DNA of 40,012 nucleotides from a virus. Taxonomy: Duplodnaviria; Caudoviricetes. The notes below the pieces were generated by a model. The model did not search any database. It had not been told where the DNA came from and saw only the letters and a list, made by a program, of their open reading frames with translations. The stretch covers positions 1 through 40,012 of IMG/VR virus record IMGVR_UViG_3300042922_000648; one strand, 5' to 3'. Below, in pieces: positions 1 through 8,481 of the stretch (the first letter of the stretch is position 1; each line of letters starts with the position of its first letter). A program made the position numbers and the translations under genes.

Positions 1-284
1 TCGTAGGGGTTGGACAGATTGTTAATTATCGAAAGAGTAAAGTCAGTGATAGATTTGTAAAATTGATATGCATCAGAGACATTCAAGTCCTCAATTGTTA
101 ATGAACCACTTTCTGCCGCTGCCTCAAAGTCCTTAACTATTCGCAACATGAGCAAGTATGCTTCGAGGAACTCTTTAGTGTTTTTGATATCCTCTTTTTT
201 CAGATCCTTTTTGCTGGCCGCAGCTCCGTATAATACTTCATCAAAATGATCGGTTGGCGCTTTATCTAATGCATAGACACTCAT
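1..284 (-). CDS. 5' part of an ArpU-like regulator spanning the circular junction (continues 39885..39624; 181 aa in total)
   Basis: ATG at 284 with RBS GAGGAGGAAAGGA. Translation MSVYALDKAPTDHFDEVLYG...KEFLEAYLLMLRIVKDFE...EDLNVSDAYQF is in frame with the 39624..39971 ORF. Confidence 0.8.
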   Translation of the reverse strand, partial: MSVYALDKAPTDHFDEVLYGAAASKKDLKKEDIKNTKEFLEAYLLMLRIVKDFEAAAESGSLTIEDLNVSDAYQFYKSITDFTLSIINNLSNPY

Positions 285-297
285 TATCCTTTCCTCC

Positions 298-1596
298 TCA
301 GTTTGTTGTAGAATGGGCGCGATCATAGTCAACGAACTTGCCGTAGTTTTTAAGGATTATCATTTCTGCCGTGCCTACCATGCCTTCCCGGTTCTTGGAG
401 ACAATTATTTCGATGACGTTCTTCTTCTCGGTTTCCTGGTTGTAGTAATCATCCCGGTAGAGGAAGGCGATTGTATCCGCGTCCTGTTCGATGTTGCCGG
501 ACTCTCTAAGATCACTCATCATCGGACGCTTGTCCTGGCGCTGCTCTACGCCCCGGCTTAGCTGGGCTAGGGCAACTACAGGTAAATCATTTTCTCGGGC
601 CATCTGCTTCAAGCTAGAGCTTACATAGCCGACTTCTAGGTTACGATTCGCAAATTCCATACCGCCGTTGATCAGCTGCAGATAGTCAATGTACACAATC
701 ATTTCCGGGTACTTCTTCTTCATCCTACGAACTTCTGAACGGATTTCCTGGATGGAGAGTCCCGGCCTATCGTCAATGAAAATGTCCATTTCGCTTAGCT
801 TTGATAAGCCAATCGTGTACTTCTCCCATTCCTCATCGTAAAGCTGGCCTGACTTTATTCGGAATCCATCAATCAAGCACTCCGCTGCAATCATACGGTC
901 ATAGAGCTGTAATTCCGGTTGTTCAAGACTGAACATGGCTACCGCAATTCCCTCTTTTCCATTCCTCACCATGTTGCATAAGGCTGCTGCCGTCTTCCCT
1001 ACGGATGGCCGGGCGGCAATAATGTTTAGCGTCTGCTTTTGCCATTTGCCGATGAGTTTGTCCATGTCGGTTCCTATCGTGCTGATTCCAAGGGGTTTAC
1101 CGTTGTACTTCTTGTCATTCAAGGAATCGTAGTGAGCCATTAGTCCAGGCTTGATATGTTTTAAGCCGCCCTTGCGGTGCGATTGATCCATGATTCTTTC
1201 GCCGACTAAGATAATTTCTGAAGCGAATTTCCGGGGCTGGTCAAAGCCTCCGTTGTAAATTTCCTTGATATCCGCCATGCCGGTGCGAAGAAGGTATTTT
1301 TCCTTGATGATCTGCTCATGACTTTGAAAGAGTCCAACGGTTGGTGAGGATCTGCTGAGTTTAAGAAGGTATTCGTTTCCCCCTACGTTCTGGATCGAAT
1401 CCCCCAAAATCATTGTCAGTGATACGAAATCAATCTTCCGTTCCTGGTCACGAAGCTTTAACATGGCTGACATGATTCGCTGATGATCTTCGTTGTAAAA
1501 GTATTCCTGTCTTAAGATCGATTCGTATATCAAGTCGTTCGAGACTAGAAGAGCGCCTAGCGCCGCCTGTTCCGCTTCTAAGCTGTAGTAGTTCAT
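298..1596 (-). CDS. dnaB: Replicative DNA helicase, DnaB family
   Basis: EAEQAALGALL N-terminus, Walker A AARPSVGKT, IDYLQL, LAQLSRGVEQRQDKRPMMSDLRESGNIEQDAD. Confidence 0.97.
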   Translation of the reverse strand: MNYYSLEAEQAALGALLVSNDLIYESILRQEYFYNEDHQRIMSAMLKLRDQERKIDFVSLTMILGDSIQNVGGNEYLLKLSRSSPTVGLFQSHEQIIKEKYLLRTGMADIKEIYNGGFDQPRKFASEIILVGERIMDQSHRKGGLKHIKPGLMAHYDSLNDKKYNGKPLGISTIGTDMDKLIGKWQKQTLNIIAARPSVGKTAAALCNMVRNGKEGIAVAMFSLEQPELQLYDRMIAAECLIDGFRIKSGQLYDEEWEKYTIGLSKLSEMDIFIDDRPGLSIQEIRSEVRRMKKKYPEMIVYIDYLQLINGGMEFANRNLEVGYVSSSLKQMARENDLPVVALAQLSRGVEQRQDKRPMMSDLRESGNIEQDADTIAFLYRDDYYNQETEKKNVIEIIVSKNREGMVGTAEMIILKNYGKFVDYDRAHSTTN

Positions 1597-1961
1597 TCCT
1601 CTTCCTTCTCCCTGTGCTTCTTGATGATGTCGTGCATCCAGTCTTCACGTGTCATACCAGCTCGTTCCCAAGGAGGTGTTCCTGGGATGTTCGCCGCCAA
1701 TTGCTCCCGTTCTTCAAGCTTGGCCCGAGTGCGCTCCTTGTCCCTCCTAGCCTCTACGTCAGCGTTAGGTTTGATAATGTCGTATAAGGCAGGAGGCCAC
1801 TTGTTGTCGCGCTTATACTCATTCACATTGGCCCATACCGTTTCGGCATCCTCCGTTTCTAAATCATCTACCCAACTCTCGGCTATACCGGCATCCACTT
1901 TCCAGTTCGGATAACTGGCTGCAAGTTTTTTAAAAACCTTTTTCGCTTCTTCCCTGTCCAT
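1593..1961 (-). CDS. Putative helicase loader/inhibitor (SPP1 G39P-like)
   Basis: Lies between initiator and helicase; M-x-REE...ASYPNW...W...KWPP pattern; overlaps the dnaB start. Confidence 0.7.
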   Translation of the reverse strand: MDREEAKKVFKKLAASYPNWKVDAGIAESWVDDLETEDAETVWANVNEYKRDNKWPPALYDIIKPNADVEARRDKERTRAKLEEREQLAANIPGTPPWERAGMTREDWMHDIIKKHREKEEE

Positions 1962-1971
1962 GTAGGCCCTC

Positions 1972-2847
1972 CTACAGCTTGTCTATAAAATCCAGTCGTC
2001 CGTTCAGTTCCTGTGTTTCTGGATTCACATCAGGCATTTTCCCGCCCAGGTAATCTTTATAAGTTCCGGCATTCAAGTAGGTTGTCGGCATTTTTGCAAA
2101 AGTTCCGTCCTTGCCGATTGCATTAGTGTCTTTTGCGTAAAGCTCAGTGCATCGAATAAGATTCTCACGCTCAGAAGCCTTAATCTTCTTTTTCCAAATG
2201 GCATAGGCCCTTGCCTTGTCTCTTCGCCTTACTTTAGGAAACACATCCCAAAATCGTTCGAATTCAGGATGAGAATCATCAACGTGTGATTCTGCCGGAG
2301 GCGGATCAACACATATGTTTTGATCTTTATTATTTACTTTACTTTCCTTTACTTTCCTTTGTGTACCTTTCTCAGGGTAAAATACCTCTGTATTGTTGTT
2401 TTCCCCTGAGATAACCCCATTATCTGTAATGTTTTCTTCTGGGATAACCTCTATTTCGTCATTTTTCCCTTTCTTTTTCCGCCACTTGCTGCGCATGTTT
2501 TCGACTTCATCATGTCGTTTTTTTATGCCTAAACTTGTGATACACTTATGTGTTTCGTAGTAAATTGGATCAAATAACCCTATTTCAAATGATGCCTCAA
2601 GCATGGGAATAAATTGATCCTGGACTATCCCCAACTTCTTAATTAAGGCAGTCCTAACGGTAAAACTGGACACATCCAGTCCCCCGTTTCCACTTCGGTA
2701 TATTCGTTCCAGAAGGATGAAATAGAAGGCGTAGCCATCATTACCAAATAAGGCACGCATGGCCTCTATTTTCTCGTCATTTACTGCGTCTGTGTCATGA
2801 GGGAAATATTCCATGCCCTCCTTTTTGGGTCTAGCCACACCATTCAA
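1972..2847 (-). CDS. Phage replication initiator (DUF4373/Lin1244-like N-terminus)
   Basis: ARPKKEGMEYFPHD, FGNDGYAFYFILLERIY, TSLGIKKR; C-terminal FERFWDVFPK...KMPTTYLN; TQRKVKESKVN linker. Confidence 0.85.
   Translation of the reverse strand: MNGVARPKKEGMEYFPHDTDAVNDEKIEAMRALFGNDGYAFYFILLERIYRSGNGGLDVSSFTVRTALIKKLGIVQDQFIPMLEASFEIGLFDPIYYETHKCITSLGIKKRHDEVENMRSKWRKKKGKNDEIEVIPEENITDNGVISGENNNTEVFYPEKGTQRKVKESKVNNKDQNICVDPPPAESHVDDSHPEFERFWDVFPKVRRRDKARAYAIWKKKIKASERENLIRCTELYAKDTNAIGKDGTFAKMPTTYLNAGTYKDYLGGKMPDVNPETQELNGRLDFIDKL
2366..2451. repeat. Candidate replication origin iterons inside the initiator gene
   Basis: Imperfect direct repeats TGTTTTCCCCTGAGATAACCCC, TGTTTTCTTCTGGGATAACCTC and CCTTTCTCAGGGTAAAATACCTC in the linker-coding region, where phage origins commonly lie. 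Confidence 0.45.
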
Positions 2848-2868
2848 CCCCTTATTTATTCACTGAAT

Positions 2869-3015
2869 TCAAATTAGGCCGATCTCTAGAGCGTGACCAT
2901 TCTTTAAACATAATTCTATAAACTCCAGAAATTCTTCTTTATTATCAAAGGTAAAATTAGGATTGTAACCCGTGTTAACTCCGTCTTTTCTTAATATAAA
3001 AACGGTATACTTCAT
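2869..3015 (-). CDS. Small hypothetical protein, 48 aa (not in ORF track)
   Basis: GGAGG RBS; ATG overlaps the upstream TAA; MKYTVFILRKDGVNTGYNPNFTFDNKEEFLEFIELCLKNGHALEIGLI. Confidence 0.6.
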   Translation of the reverse strand: MKYTVFILRKDGVNTGYNPNFTFDNKEEFLEFIELCLKNGHALEIGLI

Positions 3016-3311
3016 TATTTCAGCCCTCCAAATGCTGTTTGTAAAAGATTCATAAATAATTTCTTATTTCTGTACCTCCAGATCAGCTGTGCGTGGAAAT
3101 CTTCGCGCTGGCTTCTGGTACTGTTGCTGTCATTAAGAACCTCTAGGAGCCTCATAGAGACTTCTCCGGGTTCCCCTGACCAATCGAACGCAATATGATG
3201 AAAAACGCCTCTGTAGTCAGATGTAGGCCGTATAGGGTTACATCTGAGGAAGTAGGAAAGTGTTGTGCACTGCTGGACAGACTTTCTCATCAAGAGAAAA
3301 TTTTCAGTCAT
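3015..3311 (-). CDS. Hypothetical protein, paralogous to the C-terminal half of 3308..3997
   Basis: ATGA overlap with the upstream stop; shared G.[FY]H...FDWS...QL.WR...L...FG pattern. Confidence 0.65.
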   Translation of the reverse strand: MTENFLLMRKSVQQCTTLSYFLRCNPIRPTSDYRGVFHHIAFDWSGEPGEVSMRLLEVLNDSNSTRSQREDFHAQLIWRYRNKKLFMNLLQTAFGGLK

Positions 3312-3997
3312 CCCTTCGCCTCCCCGAACACCGCTCTCAGGAACTTCTCTTCGGCTTCCCTGCCCTCCGGCACACGCCATACCAGCTGTAGAAGGATCGC
3401 ATTCACCATAGAAGCTCCAATGACCTCAGTGAAGCCGTGAAGTTTGTTAATGAAAGACGCTTGGTCAGTATGATGCATAGACCAATCAAATTTGAGGTAA
3501 TGATAGGCCCCTTCAAAGAGATTGTCTGGATGGCGCTTGAAACCACGGGACAACATTTCTTTATCCAGATGTACAAAGGGAACCCGTTCCCATCCTTTGA
3601 AGACATTACGCCGAGGGTCTGCGAACCACTCCGCATAACCATAGTCACAATTGGTCACCTGAGCCGTAATCATAGGCTCATATGGCGTTTCCATGGCTAC
3701 CCATGGCGGGATATTACTCCAGACAAGCAAGCTCTCTCCTGGACGAGCGTACAGCCCGTGGATAACCTCTTCTGCAACGGGTAGGAGTAGCTTCCAGACA
3801 CGTTCCCTATCCTCAGCTTGGTAATTGTGGATTTCTAATTTAAGAGCAGCCAGTAAGCCGCTCACGCCCTCTTGATGGATGATCATCCCCATAGTGGATT
3901 GCAACCGTTCCTTGGAAGACTTAGCGATAACACATTGACCACCGAAGTTAACTGTATAAAATGCAAAGGCGTATCTTGGCTGAGTAGAAGTACTCAT
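3308..3997 (-). CDS. Hypothetical early protein
   Basis: 229-aa ORF coupled to both neighbours by ATGA overlaps. Confidence 0.7.
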   Translation of the reverse strand: MSTSTQPRYAFAFYTVNFGGQCVIAKSSKERLQSTMGMIIHQEGVSGLLAALKLEIHNYQAEDRERVWKLLLPVAEEVIHGLYARPGESLLVWSNIPPWVAMETPYEPMITAQVTNCDYGYAEWFADPRRNVFKGWERVPFVHLDKEMLSRGFKRHPDNLFEGAYHYLKFDWSMHHTDQASFINKLHGFTEVIGASMVNAILLQLVWRVPEGREAEEKFLRAVFGEAKG

Positions 3998-4272
3998 ACA
4001 GCAGCACCTTCCTTTTTAGCTTGAACTACGGCCACGAAATCGGCGTACTGGTGCTCAAGTTGGCAAGCTTCAATGAACTGGTGCTGCAAGGATGAGACAC
4101 GGCGCATGTGGGCGAACATATCGTTTTTATTATCTTGCAACTCCTGCAGCTTCGCACTCAGCTCACAGACCTGATGCTCCAGCATAATTTCATATGCTTT
4201 AACACGGCGTTGCTTCCGGCGCTTTTCGTTGGAAGGCAGACGCAAGAACATTTTACGGATGAATGATTTCAT
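3994..4272 (-). CDS. Hypothetical early protein
   Basis: 92 aa, AGGAG RBS. Confidence 0.65.
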   Translation of the reverse strand: MKSFIRKMFLRLPSNEKRRKQRRVKAYEIMLEHQVCELSAKLQELQDNKNDMFAHMRRVSSLQHQFIEACQLEHQYADFVAVVQAKKEGAAV

Positions 4273-4303
4273 GATTACACGCTCCTATTTTATGGGAGCA
4301 ATA

Positions 4304-4416
4304 TTGACGTATGTAATGAAAAAGTAGTATAATTACGTCATATAGCTCCATTCATATTTAAATTTAGATCGTCTTAACGTGACCCCGCCAAGGTATCCGC
4401 GTTAAGGCGATTTTTC
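4304..4416 (+). ncRNA. Putative antisense sRNA with sigma-A promoter and terminator
   Basis: TTGACG (4304)-18 bp-TATAAT (4328); hairpin ATCGTCTTAACG/CGTTAAGGCGAT (4368-4411) followed by TTTT. Confidence 0.55.
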
Positions 4417-4616
4417 GTTTTGCTGGGTGTTTCAGCTGAAAACGTATCCTGCATGGTCTCTTCCAGTTCCATCAGCTTTACTACAGCCTTTCTGAGATTG
4501 CCCGCAGCCTCTTCTTTAGTACAGGCGCTTGGTGCCTCCAGCTCAAAAATTGTATACATTAGGTAAGTTTTAATTTCCGACAGGTTTGAAAGATCCAATA
4601 GATTAATCTCTCTCAC
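4374..4616 (-). CDS. Hypothetical protein (tandem paralog of 4618..4863)
   Basis: GGAGG RBS; EIK...TI..L...TKE.A...L pattern shared with its neighbour. Confidence 0.6.
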   Translation of the reverse strand: MREINLLDLSNLSEIKTYLMYTIFELEAPSACTKEEAAGNLRKAVVKLMELEETMQDTFSAETPSKTKNRLNADTLAGSR

Positions 4617-4617
4617 T

Positions 4618-4863
4618 TTACCGCGCCTCCTTCATAGTAGCCTCATGTTCATTGATTAGAGCGCCGGTATAGTTGTCCTCGTGCTCAATCACCAATAGCA
4701 GAAGCCCTTTTAATTCCTTGATGGCATTTTCTTTGGTATACGTTTCGTCCTCACGCAAACTGCGGATAGTCCGAATGACTCCAAGTTTGATTTCAGCAAT
4801 GGTTTGGTAGTTGTCGAAATCAACCTCTTCTGGTGCCGCTACTGGTTGTATGGTGTTATTCAT
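4618..4863 (-). CDS. Hypothetical protein
   Basis: 81 aa, overlaps the upstream stop. Confidence 0.6.
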   Translation of the reverse strand: MNNTIQPVAAPEEVDFDNYQTIAEIKLGVIRTIRSLREDETYTKENAIKELKGLLLLVIEHEDNYTGALINEHEATMKEAR

Positions 4864-5782
4864 GGGCAGTGTCCACCACCTTGAGATTAAGTTTGTTTGG
4901 AGTCACATTAACTACATCACCGTACTCATCGAAGTCTGCTGTGTACGTCTGTAGTGGCTTTCCTGTGATATCTTCCAGGAGGGCAAACGAGTCTATCATG
5001 TCTTCGCCAGTTTCAGCCTTGTATTGGTTCATCACAGAAAACATATGATTCATAAAGATATCCATAAGATAGCTATCTTTGTCATGCTCAATTTTTTCGA
5101 TGAATATCAAATCCTTGAAAGCTTCAAAATCAATATTTTCCGGCATTTCTGCATATTGTTCGGAAAACGGCTTAACGTGTGAACCATCCCAATAATTCAA
5201 TTCTTTGTTCAAGGTGATGACTTGCAGAAGATCATCCCGCTTTATAAATGGAACTGTTCTGAATACTCCTTCGATTTGCATCATGAAATCCGCATCACTC
5301 CCAGCCAGAGGCTTTTCTGTGATCTCCTTGAATCGATCCCAATAGTCGGTTGTACTGAAGATTAAATTGGAAACCATGTCCGAATGATCTGTTTTCGAAA
5401 ACTCTTTCGCCATTTTGCACATTTCCTTCAATTCATCCCGCAGCGTATTAATAGGTTTACTCGCTTCGTGGAATTTTCTTTTAAGGGCATTTCTCTTGCG
5501 ACCATAGATTCTAAGAGCGACAAAAACATTCATAGGTCCATACGAAGGAATGCAGAGCATCTTATCAAGGTCGAAATTGTCTCCTAAGCCTTCCCTAACT
5601 TCTTCAACTCCCTCTGGAGTCAATCCCCGTACATAGAATGTGCCAGCCACTTCTCCGATCTTCACATTGAGACCAAGAAGGTCATAATCTAATTGGTTAC
5701 GCAACAATTGGAACTCTCTCAGTTGTTCATTCGCTTCCGTCAGCCAAGTGTTTAATTTGTTCTTAAGCTCAAATTTGTTCAT
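4856..5782 (-). CDS. Hypothetical early protein (~308 aa)
   Basis: Likely start MNKFELK at 5782 with AAAGGA RBS; no motif recognised. Confidence 0.7.
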   Translation of the reverse strand: MNKFELKNKLNTWLTEANEQLREFQLLRNQLDYDLLGLNVKIGEVAGTFYVRGLTPEGVEEVREGLGDNFDLDKMLCIPSYGPMNVFVALRIYGRKRNALKRKFHEASKPINTLRDELKEMCKMAKEFSKTDHSDMVSNLIFSTTDYWDRFKEITEKPLAGSDADFMMQIEGVFRTVPFIKRDDLLQVITLNKELNYWDGSHVKPFSEQYAEMPENIDFEAFKDLIFIEKIEHDKDSYLMDIFMNHMFSVMNQYKAETGEDMIDSFALLEDITGKPLQTYTADFDEYGDVVNVTPNKLNLKVVDTAHE

Positions 5783-5869
5783 GTACACGTTCCTTTCGAA
5801 TAATATTTTTAACAATGATTGCATGTTGCCGGGGGTAGTTGAACCAGATACGGGCCAGATGTTCAAGAG

Positions 5870-6721
5870 TCATAAGCGCCGCTCTCCCTTCGCTTTTGCA
5901 AATAAACCAACCAGTATTGTGTGGAATTTATCCAGAACTCCCATACGGACCATTATGGTGATCCCTGACACCTTACTTTTGAGTGTTTTTTCAGCATAGG
6001 GCTTTCCTGTTTCTACAATACGTTGATCGTTCAGTCGCTTCCGTTCGTTCTCTACGACACGAGGAACGTCAATTCCATGCTGATCCAACATAATTCCATA
6101 AATCAGGTTGTACACTTCTCTGTGGTCGAGACGTACCCAGCGGACATAGTCATTCAAAAGGTCGACCACTTTGGATTGATCCGGTACCGCTGTAAGGTTG
6201 TCGGTCAGGGTATTAAGGCCTTCTTGTAAACCGGATACTTCTTGTCTCAACAAGCCTTGTTCTCTTTCGAGTGCTTGATTTTTCAAATGTGATCTAGCAA
6301 GCCCATCCCATAATTGCTTGAACATCTGCATTTCTGGCGGGAGTTGAGAAACATCAATGATTTGGGAATTGTATCGTTCCTCAATTGCTATGAAATGCTT
6401 TCTCGCTTGGCTACCCCGATCATTGTTCTCCAACATACTGAGTTCTTTTGCCATGCCTATCGACAAACTATAGTCATGCCGAGTTACATTCTGACGTTCC
6501 CCCGTTTTGGTGAGCGTTACTACATAGTCGATGTTTTCAATAAAACGGTACTGTTCAATGCGATTCTTAATCCAACTGGTGAAGTCCCGACCAACTAAAA
6601 GAAATGAGTGCAGTTCCCTTCCATCAACTTCTTTTTTCCCAGTGTGATTTTCATAAATCGGGATCAGTTCACTCGCAATCAGTCTGCGTTCGATCCGACT
6701 TTCGATTTCGTTATCGCTCAT
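5870..6721 (-). CDS. AntA/AntB-family antirepressor with coiled-coil and C-terminal domain
   Basis: VDGRELHSFLLVGRDFTSWIKNRIEQYRFIENIDY...DYSLSIGMAKELSMLENNDRGSQARKHFIAIE. Confidence 0.9.
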   Translation of the reverse strand: MSDNEIESRIERRLIASELIPIYENHTGKKEVDGRELHSFLLVGRDFTSWIKNRIEQYRFIENIDYVVTLTKTGERQNVTRHDYSLSIGMAKELSMLENNDRGSQARKHFIAIEERYNSQIIDVSQLPPEMQMFKQLWDGLARSHLKNQALEREQGLLRQEVSGLQEGLNTLTDNLTAVPDQSKVVDLLNDYVRWVRLDHREVYNLIYGIMLDQHGIDVPRVVENERKRLNDQRIVETGKPYAEKTLKSKVSGITIMVRMGVLDKFHTILVGLFAKAKGERRL

Positions 6722-6807
6722 TTCATCACACCTCTCTTAATGCAATAGACTAAAAAGTCTTATACATTATTTTGCTATGTTTGATCAAAAGCGACCAACC
6801 CTTACAA

Positions 6808-7068
6808 CTATTTTTTTTCACGTTCATTAACCCAGCCAATTATTTCTTCTTCTTGAAGGTGGCCCGAGTGAATCATCATGTCTACGTAAGAACAATTCAA
6901 AGCATCTGCAAATTTGCGAAGAACGCCTGGACCAAGAACACCCTTACGTCCTTTCTCTGCGTGATACACATATGAAATGTGTAAATCCATTCTCTGAGCA
7001 ACCTCTTCGGCAGAAATCCCCTTCACCTTACGTAGATGCCTTAGATATTCACCGAATAACTGAGACAA
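6808..7068 (-). CDS. XRE-family HTH regulator
   Basis: FGEYLRHLRKVKGISAEEVAQRMDLHISYVYHAEKG...LRKFADAL. Confidence 0.85.
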   Translation of the reverse strand: MSQLFGEYLRHLRKVKGISAEEVAQRMDLHISYVYHAEKGRKGVLGPGVLRKFADALNCSYVDMMIHSGHLQEEEIIGWVNEREKK

Positions 7069-7279
7069 GGTTCATCTCTCCTTTCTCTACTTCTAACATC
7101 CTGAATCGGAATGTTAGAATTTCAATTATGGCGAATCGCCATATTAGACACTCGTACCTTCTGAACCAAAATGTCTGAAAACGCAATATTGCGTTTTCTA
7201 TACGGACAGTATTCATACCCGTCAATCTGACGGATGTAGAGTATAAAACTCTATGATGTGGTTATGATGGCTGATAAAG

Positions 7280-7555
7280 TTATCTCGGCTGTTCATCTAG
7301 CCATAATTCTAAAAACTTTCGAGTCTCCTTCGCAGGAAAAAACCATTTAGTCCCGATTTTCCGTTTTGGAAATCTAGAATCAAAAAAGAATTGCTCTTGA
7401 ATAAAATTCCAACTCATACATGTTCGCTTTTTAAGTTCGTTCGTATCCCAAAACACATGCTCAGTATCCACTTCTTTAACTATATTTTCTATTCGCTCTA
7501 GCAAAATTTTTCTAACTTGTGATTCGTTTATACTTAAATCCAAAATTTTTTCCAT
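7280..7555 (-). CDS. Putative excisionase / winged-helix DNA-binding protein
   Basis: Start MEKILD at 7555 with GAGGTG RBS; FWDTNELKKRTCMSWNFIQEQFFFDSRFPKRKIGTKWFFP resembles Xis-like phage proteins. Confidence 0.6.
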   Translation of the reverse strand: MEKILDLSINESQVRKILLERIENIVKEVDTEHVFWDTNELKKRTCMSWNFIQEQFFFDSRFPKRKIGTKWFFPAKETRKFLELWLDEQPR

Positions 7556-7570
7556 TTCCCACCTCTGAAA

Positions 7571-7678
7571 GGTATTTAAAATACCATTTCTACTTTTAAA
7601 AAAACCACACTTGTCTATGCGTGGTATTGACAATACCTTATCATATAAGTATACTTAAATAAAGGTATTATAAATACC
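7571..7678. promoter_or_regulatory. Three operators GGTATT-N3-AATACC (7571-7585, 7623-7637, 7664-7678) around a plus-strand sigma-A promoter
   Basis: Perfect 6-3-6 palindromes; TTGACA (7627)-17 bp-TATACT (7650). Confidence 0.85.
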
Positions 7679-7685
7679 TTTATTG

Positions 7686-7889
7686 CTAAAAAATTTCTTC
7701 TGCCCTACTGTTAAGCACTGAACATATGCTCTGCATTAAAGTAAAACTAGGATTTACTCTTCCATATTCTAAACTCTTAATTTGTTCCAAGGAAACGCCC
7801 ACTTTGTTGGCGAGCTTAGCTTGAGTTAAACCTTTTTCCAGTCGTTTATCGCGCAATCTTTCTCGTTTCCTTGCTAATGCTTCACTCAC
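7686..7889 (-). CDS. Cro-like HTH regulator
   Basis: RLEKGLTQAKLANKVGVSLEQIKSLEYGRVNPS; divergent from the repressor gene. Confidence 0.85.
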   Translation of the reverse strand: MSEALARKRERLRDKRLEKGLTQAKLANKVGVSLEQIKSLEYGRVNPSFTLMQSICSVLNSRAEEIF

Positions 7890-7922
7890 TAATTTCACCT
7901 CATTTCGTGTATTTGTATTTTG

Positions 7923-7965
7923 ATTATAAATGGTATTTAAAATACCGTCAAGTATTTTAAATACC
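7923..7965 (-). promoter_or_regulatory. Early lytic promoter with two operators (7932-7946, 7951-7965)
   Basis: Minus-strand TTGACG (7951-7946)-17 bp-TATAAT (7928-7923); GGTATTTAAAATACC in the spacer and AGTATTTTAAATACC overlapping the -35. Confidence 0.85.
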
Positions 7966-7994
7966 GTTTGAAATAATATTTCGGAGGTTTTACC

Positions 7995-8378
7995 ATGTCG
8001 TTAGGTTCGCGGATAAGAAACAGAAGAAAGCAATTAGGTTTATCTCAACAACAAGTAGCAGAACAGTTAGGGATGGGTCGCTCTAATTTTGGACATATAG
8101 AAAACGACAGAGTCATCCCTTCTAGTACAGACCTCGAAAAGATTGCTGATATTCTAACAACAACCCCTAATACGTTACTTGGCATGCAAATTGAACTCCT
8201 TACTCAATCAGTATCATCTAGAGATATAGCTGACCTCAAGAAAATTCTTGAAGAAGGTCAACCGATACTATTTGATGGAGCCCCAATCGTTGGTGAAAAA
8301 CGTCAACGTGTAATTGACATTCTGTCCGGTCTATTTTGGGAAACAAAGGAAAAAGAGCAAGACAAGTCTGAAGAGTGA
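7995..8378 (+). CDS. CI-like XRE repressor without an S24 autoprotease domain
   Basis: LGSRIRNRRKQLGLSQQQVAEQLGMGRSNFGHIEND; short C-terminus LFDGAPI...; GGAGG RBS. Confidence 0.88.
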   Translation: MSLGSRIRNRRKQLGLSQQQVAEQLGMGRSNFGHIENDRVIPSSTDLEKIADILTTTPNTLLGMQIELLTQSVSSRDIADLKKILEEGQPILFDGAPIVGEKRQRVIDILSGLFWETKEKEQDKSEE

Positions 8379-8419
8379 AAGATAATGATCATTAGTCAAG
8401 GGAGAAACATGCAGTCAAT

Positions 8420-8438
8420 ACCGCCGCATGGCGGTTTT
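8420..8438 (+). terminator. Putative terminator after the repressor gene
   Basis: ACCGCC-GCAT-GGCGGT followed by TTT. Confidence 0.5.
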
Positions 8439-8454
8439 ATATACCCCTTATAGG

Positions 8455-8466
8455 GAACAAATGTTC
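8455..8466. promoter_or_regulatory. LexA (Cheo) box upstream of the integrase
   Basis: GAAC-AAAT-GTTC matches the Bacillota SOS box GAAC-N4-GTTC, just 5' of the int RBS. Confidence 0.65.
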
Positions 8467-8481
8467 TTACGGAGGAATAAA

